A DNA stretch of 29,333 nucleotides, taken from assembly GCF_900105015.1 (NCBI RefSeq), contig NZ_FNLK01000002.1, positions 1-29,333 on the forward strand, read 5' to 3'. Source of the DNA: Schaalia meyeri. Its GTDB lineage: Bacteria > Actinomycetota > Actinomycetes > Actinomycetales > Actinomycetaceae. The position numbers and the translations under genes were made by a program. The notes under the pieces were generated by a model, which worked only from the letters and a program-made list of their open reading frames with translations, did no database searches and had not been told where the DNA came from. Shown one piece after another: positions 10,516-17,929 of this stretch (positions within the stretch are counted from its first letter, which is position 1; every line of letters starts with the position of its first letter).

Positions 10516-11801
10516 TGCTCAAGCCCGGCGTAAAGCGGGTGCTTGTCCGTCAGTTTCTTCACGCGCGCACGCAGCGCTTCCACCTCGACGGTGCCCCCGG
10601 AGGCGCCGCTGGCCAGCGTCACGGCGATAATGTCGGCGACCTCCGCGAAGTCGGCGGCGTCAAAGCCGCGCGTCGCCAGGGCGGGCGTGCCGATACGCAG
10701 GCCGGAGGTGACGGCCGGGGGACGCGGGTCAAAGGGCACCGCGTTGCGGTTGACGGTGATGCCGACCTCATGCAGCAGATCCTCGGCCTGCTTGCCATCC
10801 AGCTCGGATTCCACCAGGTCCACCAGGACCAGGTGCACGTCGGTACCGCCCGTGACCTGCTTGATGCCAGCCTTCTTGACGTCGTCCGCTCCCAGGCGTT
10901 CAGCCAGGATCTGCGCGCCCTCAAGGGTGCGGCGCTGACGGTCCTTGAACTCCTGGGCCATCGCGATCTTCATCGCGATGGCCTTGGCCGCGATGGCGTG
11001 CATGAGTGGGCCCCCCTGCTGCCCGGGGAACACGGCAGAGTTCAGTTTCTTGCCCCACTGTTCGCCTCGCGAGGACAGGATCATGCCGGAGCGAGGACCG
11101 CCCAGGGTCTTGTGGACCGTCGTCGTCACGACGTCGGCATGGGGCACCGGGTTCGGATGCAGGTCGGCTGCCACGAGGCCGGCGAAGTGGGCCATGTCCA
11201 CCCACAGGGCCGCCCCCACCTCATCGGCGATGTCGCGGAAGGCCTGGAAATCAAGGTGACGCGGGTAGGCCGACCAGCCGGCGATGATGACCCGGGGCCG
11301 CTCGGCCAGCGCCGCCTCGCGCACCTTCTCGGGCTCGATGCGCATGGTTTCACGGTCCACCTCGTAGGCTACGGCCCTGTAGTTCTTACCGGAGAAGTTC
11401 AGGCGCATACCGTGAGTCAGGTGCCCGCCGTGCGCCAGTGACAGTCCCAGGATCGTGTCGCCGACATCGGCCATAGCCATGAGCGCCGCGGCGTTTGCTT
11501 GTGCCCCCGCGTGTGGCTGGACGTTCACATAGTCGCCCCCGAAGACCCGTTTCGCGCGCTCGATTGCCAGGGATTCCGCTACGTCAACAAATTCGCACCC
11601 GCCGTAGTAGCGGCGGCCCGGGTATCCCTCCGCGTACTTGTTCGTCAGGACCGATCCTTGGGCCTGCAAGATGGCGCGCGGGACAAAGTTTTCCGAGGCG
11701 ATCATTTCGAGGGTGTCGCGCTGGCGGCTCAGTTCGCCGTCCAAAACCCCCTGAATCTCGGGGTCCAACCGCGCCAGGGTCATGTCATTGAGGGAATCCA
11801 T
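10512..11801 (-). CDS. glyA: Serine hydroxymethyltransferase
   Basis: It aligns with SHMT over its full length, including the PLP-lysine block [16 protein letters not shown]. The ATG at 11801 sits 5 nt after AGGAGA. Confidence 0.96.
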   Translation of the reverse strand: MDSLNDMTLARLDPEIQGVLDGELSRQRDTLEMIASENFVPRAILQAQGSVLTNKYAEGYPGRRYYGGCEFVDVAESLAIERAKRVFGGDYVNVQPHAGAQANAAALMAMADVGDTILGLSLAHGGHLTHGMRLNFSGKNYRAVAYEVDRETMRIEPEKVREAALAERPRVIIAGWSAYPRHLDFQAFRDIADEVGAALWVDMAHFAGLVAADLHPNPVPHADVVTTTVHKTLGGPRSGMILSSRGEQWGKKLNSAVFPGQQGGPLMHAIAAKAIAMKIAMAQEFKDRQRRTLEGAQILAERLGADDVKKAGIKQVTGGTDVHLVLVDLVESELDGKQAEDLLHEVGITVNRNAVPFDPRPPAVTSGLRIGTPALATRGFDAADFAEVADIIAVTLASGASGGTVEVEALRARVKKLTDKHPLYAGLEQ

Positions 11802-11845
11802 CGGGTTCTCCTATTGATCATTCGATTGCGGATAGCAGTGGCTCT

Positions 11846-11921
11846 AGCCCAGGCGGTCGGCTATCGATGCCGGTGCGTCGTTTCCCGGCGGTGGCCCACC
11901 TGTTCGCCAATCGCGACACGG
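11846..11921 (-). promoter_or_regulatory. ZTP (pfl-motif) riboswitch aptamer in the glyA-folD leader
   Basis: The minus-strand RNA is CCGUGUCGCGAUUGGCGAACAGGUGGGCCACCGCCGGGAAACGACGCACCGGCAUCGAUAGCCGACCGCCUGGGCU. It contains the conserved 5' subdomain (GUCGnGAyUGGCGAACAGGUGGG...CCACC...GGGnAnCGAC) and the 3' pseudoknot strand CCGnCCGCCUGGGC. It lies about 45 nt upstream of the glyA start. Confidence 0.8.
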
Positions 11922-12231
11922 TCTCCAGTCTATCGTCCGAGGGTTTTCCCCGCACTCTGCCGGGGTGTCAGTAAACTACCACCTGGTCACGACTCGTTAC
12001 GACCGAACCTGCGAAACTGTCGTGGTGTACGAAATCACAGCCAATTTTCGCTTGTACTTAACCCTTTGGTTAGCAAATAAGCTAACCATGTGGATAGACT
12101 AGTGCTACACCAAATGCTGACCGGGTTGCACACGGGACATCCGCTTCGCCGCCCCCCTCGCTCACAGAGGTTTGACACCCTTAACCAGGGTGCAGCATTT
12201 GAGTTTGATAGGACAGGAGGAAAAGGCACAG

Positions 12232-12927
12232 ATGACAACTTTGACGAAACCAACCGCGCGGGCCGCATCCACGGCCCTCGCCCTCGAGCACGCATCTAGC
12301 CTTGCCACGTCTGCCGACAGGGTCATCAAGCGCATATGCGACATTTTGGCTGCCCTTATCGGCATCATCCTGTTGACTCCACTGTGGATTGTCGTCGCCC
12401 TGATGGTACGCCTGCACGACGGTGGCCCCGCCTTCTTCACGCAGGAACGCGTCGGCCTTGACGGCAAGACTTTTACCATGTTTAAGTTCCGCACCATGCG
12501 AGTCGACGCCGAAGCTCTCAAGGCCTCGCTCCAGGAAGCTAACGAGGCTGACGCCAGCGCCGGAAATTCGATCATGTTCAAGATGGCGAACGACCCGCGC
12601 ATCACGCGCATCGGCGCTTTCCTGCGCAAAACCTCCATCGACGAACTGCCCCAGCTGTTCAACGTCCTGCGTGGCGACATGTCCCTCGTGGGCCCCCGCC
12701 CCCCGCTGCCAAGCGAGGTGGCGCAGTACGAGCCCCGCGTGATGGGCAAATTTGCCGTCCGCCCCGGCATCACCGGCCTGTGGCAGATTTCCGGCCGCTC
12801 CAACCTCTCCTGGGATGAGACGGTCCACCTGGACCTCTCCTACGCCCAGCACCGCTCCTTGACACTTGACGCGTGGATCATGCTCCAGACCATCCCCGCG
12901 CTGCTGCGTCACGAAGGAGCCTACTGA
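12232..12927 (+). CDS. Monotopic phosphoglycosyl transferase (bacterial sugar transferase family, PglC/WbaP C-terminal type); priming enzyme
   Basis: There is a single re-entrant hydrophobic helix (ILAALIGIILLTPLWIVVALMV). Family blocks are FTQERVG..GK.F.MFKFRTM, NDPRITRIGAFLRKTSIDELPQLFNVLRGDMSLVGPRP and RPGITGLWQ. The ATG at 12232 follows GGAGGAAAAGG. Confidence 0.9.
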   Translation: MTTLTKPTARAASTALALEHASSLATSADRVIKRICDILAALIGIILLTPLWIVVALMVRLHDGGPAFFTQERVGLDGKTFTMFKFRTMRVDAEALKASLQEANEADASAGNSIMFKMANDPRITRIGAFLRKTSIDELPQLFNVLRGDMSLVGPRPPLPSEVAQYEPRVMGKFAVRPGITGLWQISGRSNLSWDETVHLDLSYAQHRSLTLDAWIMLQTIPALLRHEGAY

Positions 12928-12945
12928 CCCGTCTCGTGGATAACA

Positions 12946-12979
12946 GGTGGGGCCCGAGCCATTTGGCTCGGGCCCCACC
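12946..12979. terminator. Bidirectional stem-loop terminator between convergent genes
   Basis: A perfect 15-bp GC-rich stem, ggtggggcccgagcc / ggctcgggccccacc, closes on the loop attt. It sits 19 nt after the plus-strand stop at 12927 and 68 nt after the minus-strand stop at 13048. Confidence 0.7.
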
Positions 12980-13047
12980 CTTAACAGCAAAGCGATATGC
13001 GAAAACCACCGCGGGTCCCGTAGCCGTTTGCAAACGGGAAAAGTGAT

Positions 13048-13791
13048 CTAGGCACGGTCGGCGTCAACCACCAGCCCCAGATCATCGAAGTGCCCCAGGG
13101 ACTCCAGCCGCCTCAAGAGCTCGGGCGCGTAAGCGATGAAGTCGAGAGCCTCAACGGTGTAGCGCTTGGCGAGGCGCCGCGGCTCATGCGCGATGCGCCA
13201 TGCCCATCCGAGCCGCGCCGCGTGCACCCAGTCGGGGAAGTAGTCGTCTGCCGCACGCGCATACTGGTCGATCCAGCCGCCAGCCACGCAGACGGACGCG
13301 TCGGGCACGTGTTCGAGCGCAAAGGCAGCAACGATGTCCTGGAGCGCGGCGCCGAGACCGACAATAATCAGGCGTGGATCGAAAGCGGTTAGCTGCCCAG
13401 GGTCAGCCTTCAGGCGCCTCAACCCGTCGTATCCGTCGATGGTTTGCACGTCGAAACGGGGAAGGCGCGCCGCGACGGCCTGCCCGGCCTCGGGCGTGGT
13501 ACCGATCAGCGTGATGCGGGTACCGTCGTCAAGGCGATCGAAAACGCACGGAAGGACGAGGTCGGTCGAGGTGCGGCTCACTGCGTGTCCCGCAGCGCGC
13601 AGCCGCATCTGCAGGAAGGTTCCGTCAAAGCCGATGGTGTTCATGCGCGCCAGGGCACGGAAGTCGGCGTGCAGGAGCGACCAGTGGTTGAGCCAGGAGG
13701 TGGCATGCCCGCGGGTGAGCAGGCGTTCGGCCATGGCCTCGAACGCGGGGGGAACGGCAGGGACGCCGAGTGGGGGAATCGTATCTGTCAT
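13048..13791 (-). CDS. WecB/TagA/CpsF-family glycosyltransferase
   Basis: It is collinear with TagA/WecG blocks: WLNHWSL, FDGTFLQ, ITLIGTTPEAGQAVAARL, IIVGLGAALQD, VAGGWIDQYA and PDWVHAARLGWAWRIAHEPRRLAKRY. Confidence 0.85.
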   Translation of the reverse strand: MTDTIPPLGVPAVPPAFEAMAERLLTRGHATSWLNHWSLLHADFRALARMNTIGFDGTFLQMRLRAAGHAVSRTSTDLVLPCVFDRLDDGTRITLIGTTPEAGQAVAARLPRFDVQTIDGYDGLRRLKADPGQLTAFDPRLIIVGLGAALQDIVAAFALEHVPDASVCVAGGWIDQYARAADDYFPDWVHAARLGWAWRIAHEPRRLAKRYTVEALDFIAYAPELLRRLESLGHFDDLGLVVDADRA

Positions 13792-14197
13792 GGGGTTACC
13801 TCACCAGGGTAGCTTTCTCATCGAAGGAATAACGAGGCACCAGCGTAGTTGGCACGCTCTTTAACGGCGACACGGTTCACGCCGTCAAGGAACAGGCTAC
13901 GCGGTACCGGGACGCTGACGATATTCGTTTGGCCACCGCGAGCGCCTCGTCAGACGACGCCCGCGTATTGGCATTGATCGCGGCCTTGAGCACGTTCGCT
14001 CATGCGCCTTCGTTACCGCTAATGGTGCCGAAGGTCAGGCGAATTTTGAACATGAGCTCACAATTCGCGCTGACGCCACTGGAGCTGGCATCGCACATCG
14101 AATCCTCTAAGGTCGCGCATTGACGGTCACTCTCACTCAGTCGCGCACAGAGAGGGCCAACTCTCGCTTGGCCTGAGCGCGATTCGTTAACCATACG

Positions 14198-14234
14198 TGA
14201 GGGAACCCCTGCCGATCCGGCAGGGGTTCCCTCA
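14198..14234. terminator. Stem-loop terminator downstream of the large secreted-protein gene
   Basis: A perfect 17-bp stem, tgagggaacccctgccg / cggcaggggttccctca, closes on the loop atc. It begins 86 nt past the stop at 14320 on the minus strand. There is no obvious U-tract, which is common in high-GC actinobacteria. Confidence 0.7.
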
Positions 14235-14319
14235 TCAACCAGCCCCGACGGGATGAACCAAGTGGCGCAACGCGACCATGGCCTCGTTCAAACCCGATCG
14301 AAGCGGAGCGATACCGGCA

Positions 14320-17300
14320 CTACCTGGCCACGGTTGCGGACAGATCGAAGGACATCGACGACGTGCCCCTGTAGTTCAGGTGCTCCTCAACGCCGATCCT
14401 GTTCACGCCATTCTTCAAGAGGTTGGCGGGGATCGTCACCTCAAGCATGTCGGAGGACGCCTTGGATGCCGACACCGCAACGTCCGCGAAAGTCGTATGC
14501 CCGATGTCTCCATCCGTCATGCGCTTCGTAGCAACCTGCTCTCCGTTGACCCGCAGAACGGCGCCGTCATCCGCACGCACCTTCACGGTCAGCGTGGTTT
14601 CGGACGTGACCGTCCCCAAGTCAATGTCGCGCGCAAAGTAGTTGGTGATCGCACGGGACTTCTTGTCGATGTCGAGAGGAGTTCCGGCCTTCGGATCTCC
14701 CCAGCCGATGGGCCCTGCACCGCGCGACCAGTCCTCGAGGGAAGCACTGGAGGCCCAGTCAGACGCCGGTTCGGACGTTGCCGTCCAATAGTTCCACCCG
14801 GCACCCGAGGGGATGACCGTACCGGACTTCACCCCCGTAGCGTCGATGCTCTTGCTCGCATCTTCCACGTTCTTCAGCTCGCCCTCGCGGGGCTGAGGCT
14901 GAGGCTGGGGCTGAGCGTCGCCGCCGTCGGAAGAGTCGGGAGCGCCCTCGACGCGGCTGACGGAGGCCTGCATCGCCATGGTGACGCTGCGCAGGTAGTT
15001 CACGTGCGTTTCCACCGCGATAACGTTGTCACCGTTCTTCAGCGCGGAGGCTGGCACGAAGACCTCGGAGAGGGACGCGGCGGCGGCATTGTACCTGGGT
15101 GCGGAGTCGGCTCGCGTCGCGTAGCTGACCGTGCCCTTGCCCATGCGCGTGCGGTGAACCTCAGCACCGTTGATGTACACGACCGCGCCGTCATCGGCCA
15201 GGTACTTCACGTTCACGCCCTTCAGGGCGTTCGTGTCGCTCACCTGGAAGCGCGAGCGGAAGTAGGTGGTGACGGGTCGCGCGCCCTTAGCGGCCAGTTG
15301 CGTCGCGATGCGCGAGTCGCCGTACCCCAGGGGAGCCGCACCGGTGGGCCACTGAGAGTCATCGAACGAGGCCTGAGCCCAGTTATCGGGCGCCGCGCTG
15401 TTCTCCGCGCGGTAGCTCCACGTCGCGCCCGCTTCGAGCAGCATCTGACCCGACGGGGGGGCCGCCTGTCCATCGCCCGAGCCCTTGTACACCGGGGTGG
15501 TCGCCGAGCGGTTGCCCGCTGCGTCAACGGCGCGCACGAAGAAGCGGTTCTCGCCGCCGAGCGGCACCGTGACGCTGGTGGAATCCGTGGAAGCGATGGC
15601 GCGATCGTCACGCAGGACCTCGTACGAGGCGGCGTCGGAGACACCCTCCCACGACAGAGTCACACTGGAGTTCGGGGCCGAGGAGCCGCGCAGGCCGGAC
15701 GGCGTGGCGGGGGCGGCGTTGTCACGGCTGTCGTAGCGGGCAAAGCCGCCGTTCCACTGCTTGTGCGTGGCGTCGGTGTACGACAGGGTAAAGTCGCCAC
15801 CCACCCACAGGTTACCGTTGGTATCGGTGGTCAGCGCCCACGCGCCGGTCCGGCGCTGAGACAGCAGCTCGAAGGGCGTCCAGCGCAGGCTTTCGCCCGT
15901 CGTGGCATCCCACGCGCCGACCCACTTGATCTCATCAACGCGCGACCAGTTGTGGTTGTCTTCCCAGTCGTACTTGTCCTGGTACGTTCCGTCCGAGCAG
16001 TGGCAGGACGCGTAGATGACGCCATTCGCCGAGATCGTTGAGGCCTGCAGGTCACCGCCGTTGCGCATGGTCACAGAACCCGAGGTGCGCTGATTGGACG
16101 CCGCATCGTAACCGAACAGAGAGTGCTCGGAACCGCCGATGAAAACTCGGTTGCTCGCAGAGGAAATGGTCTGCTGATACTTGGCCGCGTCGACGGTAGA
16201 GGGCTTGAAGTCAAATCCCGTGTCCACTGCGGCCCCCGCCTCGGTGGAGAACTTCGCGGCGTACCAGGCACGCTGACCTCCGTGCGCACGGGTGAAGTGC
16301 CCACCGGCGTAGAAGGATTTGTTGGACTCGTTGACGGCCACGGCCTGCACCGCACCGTTCAGCTCGGGGTTCCAGGTGCGGTCGGGATTACCGTCCAGGG
16401 AGATACGCGCCGCGTTACGGCCGTAGACCCTCTTCTTGCCGCCGCTGTTCAGGTGTGTGAAGGAGCCGCCCAGGTAGATGTAGCCATCGTGGTAGGTCGC
16501 GGCGCGCACGCTCACCGCGCCACCGCGCAGCCCGTTCGTGATCGTCACATCCCACGAGGGGTCAAGCTTGCCTGTCGCAGGATCGATGACGGCCGTACCG
16601 ACGTGGGATTCGCCGCCGACGCGGGTAAAGTCTCCGGCCGCCAGGAGCTTGCCATTCGGAAGGGGCACGAGCGCCTTAACCTGGCCGTTGAAATCGAAGG
16701 TCTGACCGGTGTGGTTACCGGTAGCGACGTCGAAAGCAGCCAGGCCCTTCGACGGAACAACGGACCCGTTCTCGCCCTGCTTCACGCCTGTGAAGTTGCC
16801 GGCCACGTACATGGTGGATCCGACCTGAGCGAAGGCCTGCACCTGGATGTTGCCCTCTTTCACCGACCCGTTGAGGTTACCGGTCACGCCCCACTTGGTC
16901 GGAGCGGCGTACTGCGACACCGCGCGAGTCACGGTCGAGGCAGGCACGCCCCCGTCCGGGATACGGGAGAACGCCGAGGAATCCGAGGCGATTCGCGGAC
17001 GAACGTAAGTCTCTGCGTAAGGGAAGACCGTCGACCCGTTCTTGTGAAGGAAAGACGAAGCGGAAGAGAGGTCTCCGCCCGAGTCCGCCACGTCAGGCCC
17101 GTAGCCCCAACCGATAGTCCAGCCCGTGTGCGACGAGGGATAGACCTGAAGAGCGTTCCACCTCTCATCACGGCCCACCTGAGTCCAGATGTTGTCCGAG
17201 GCCTGCCCGCCACCGTCGAACGACACCTTCACCGGGTGTCCCATCTTGAAAGGCCACACGAAGTCGGTCATCTTCGCGAACTGGAGGTCCAGCTTTTGGT

Positions 17301-17805
17301 ACTCGCTACCCGAAGAGTTCCTCGCCCGCAGGACTCGCACGCCGTCCGCTTGGTCCTTGACCGCCTCGTTGTTCAGCAGCTGATTCACCGTCGCATTGGA
17401 GTACTGGACAACCCCGAACGCCGAGGCATTACGGTCGCGAGCGGTCAGCTTCGCAGGATCACCTTTTCCGCCGCTCCAGCCTTCCCATCCTTCGCGTCCG
17501 CGGCCGATGAGAACCCAGCCACCGCCGTCTGTCGTCTGGTCACAATAGAACTGAGCGGGATGGTCCATCGCGGGCGTCTGCAGCCAGTACGTACCGTCCG
17601 CAGCTTTAGAATCCCGCTGCTTAATGTCCCAGCAGGAGGCAGCAGCTGTGGCGGCGCTGAGGCCATCGTGAGCGACGGCCTGACCGGTTGTGGCTTTCTC
17701 TTGATCCGTACTATCAGCACGCGCTATCGGAGCGAACGCGAGCAGAGCACACGCAACAACCGGCGTGGTAGCACAGATCGCAAAGCGCGAAATCATGGAC
17801 GGCAT
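14320..17805 (-). CDS. Large secreted multidomain protein: fibrinogen-like YCDxxxxGGGW domain, beta-propeller repeats, FN3, and two carbohydrate-binding-like beta-sandwich modules
   Basis: The signal peptide is MPSMISRFAICATTPVVACALLAFAPIARA/DS. The fibrinogen-like core is SCWDIK...GTYWLQTP...FYCDQTTDGGGWVLIGRG (motif at nt 17515-17547). Repeated GxFT blades are VAGNFTGV, AAGDFTRV, LGGSFTHL, AGGHFTRA and VGGDFTLS. FN3 lies at about nt 15484-15720. Two diverged ~165-aa modules (about 14950-15450 and 14323-14820) are joined by a (QP)4 linker. There is no LPXTG, lipobox or C-terminal TM. The start could also be 17841 or 17796. Confidence 0.85.
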   Translation of the reverse strand: MPSMISRFAICATTPVVACALLAFAPIARADSTDQEKATTGQAVAHDGLSAATAAASCWDIKQRDSKAADGTYWLQTPAMDHPAQFYCDQTTDGGGWVLIGRGREGWEGWSGGKGDPAKLTARDRNASAFGVVQYSNATVNQLLNNEAVKDQADGVRVLRARNSSGSEYQKLDLQFAKMTDFVWPFKMGHPVKVSFDGGGQASDNIWTQVGRDERWNALQVYPSSHTGWTIGWGYGPDVADSGGDLSSASSFLHKNGSTVFPYAETYVRPRIASDSSAFSRIPDGGVPASTVTRAVSQYAAPTKWGVTGNLNGSVKEGNIQVQAFAQVGSTMYVAGNFTGVKQGENGSVVPSKGLAAFDVATGNHTGQTFDFNGQVKALVPLPNGKLLAAGDFTRVGGESHVGTAVIDPATGKLDPSWDVTITNGLRGGAVSVRAATYHDGYIYLGGSFTHLNSGGKKRVYGRNAARISLDGNPDRTWNPELNGAVQAVAVNESNKSFYAGGHFTRAHGGQRAWYAAKFSTEAGAAVDTGFDFKPSTVDAAKYQQTISSASNRVFIGGSEHSLFGYDAASNQRTSGSVTMRNGGDLQASTISANGVIYASCHCSDGTYQDKYDWEDNHNWSRVDEIKWVGAWDATTGESLRWTPFELLSQRRTGAWALTTDTNGNLWVGGDFTLSYTDATHKQWNGGFARYDSRDNAAPATPSGLRGSSAPNSSVTLSWEGVSDAASYEVLRDDRAIASTDSTSVTVPLGGENRFFVRAVDAAGNRSATTPVYKGSGDGQAAPPSGQMLLEAGATWSYRAENSAAPDNWAQASFDDSQWPTGAAPLGYGDSRIATQLAAKGARPVTTYFRSRFQVSDTNALKGVNVKYLADDGAVVYINGAEVHRTRMGKGTVSYATRADSAPRYNAAAASLSEVFVPASALKNGDNVIAVETHVNYLRSVTMAMQASVSRVEGAPDSSDGGDAQPQPQPQPREGELKNVEDASKSIDATGVKSGTVIPSGAGWNYWTATSEPASDWASSASLEDWSRGAGPIGWGDPKAGTPLDIDKKSRAITNYFARDIDLGTVTSETTLTVKVRADDGAVLRVNGEQVATKRMTDGDIGHTTFADVAVSASKASSDMLEVTIPANLLKNGVNRIGVEEHLNYRGTSSMSFDLSATVAR

Positions 17806-17929
17806 AACACGACCTTTCGAATGAGGATGGGTTCGATGCATAAATAATTACACAACAAGCCCCTTGGCATCAACCGATTGGTCAAGCAAGACTTTCACAG
17901 ATGCACCACACGTCCCTCATTTCCCCCCT

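Noticed and set aside
11976-11996. A possible second (tandem) ZTP aptamer upstream of the first: minus-strand GAGUCGUGACCAGGUGGUAG resembles the GUCGUGAC...AGGUGG start of the motif.
   Set aside because: The UGGCGAAC core, the closing CCACC...CGAC helix and a second CCGCCUGGGC pseudoknot strand are all missing. This is likely chance similarity or a decayed remnant.
13929-14194. Small ORFs 13929-14123(+) and 14000-14194(-), 64 aa each, as possible genes such as a toxin-antitoxin pair.
   Set aside because: They overlap each other antisense, have no SD, no recognisable motif and only moderate codon bias. I reported the region as a possible remnant rather than as features.
14890-14913. The imperfect hexanucleotide repeat encoding (QP)4 as a phase-variation or slipped-strand switch.
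   Set aside because: There are only four imperfect units, and any slippage would be in-frame (multiples of 6). It would change linker length but not switch expression.
14278-17847. Two very long plus-strand ORFs (14278-16041, 587 aa; 16123-17847, 574 aa) antisense to the large secreted-protein gene.
   Set aside because: Their translations are Arg/Gly/Val/His-rich low-complexity sequence with no motifs. The minus strand encodes a coherent multidomain protein with a signal peptide. These are typical high-GC antisense shadow ORFs.
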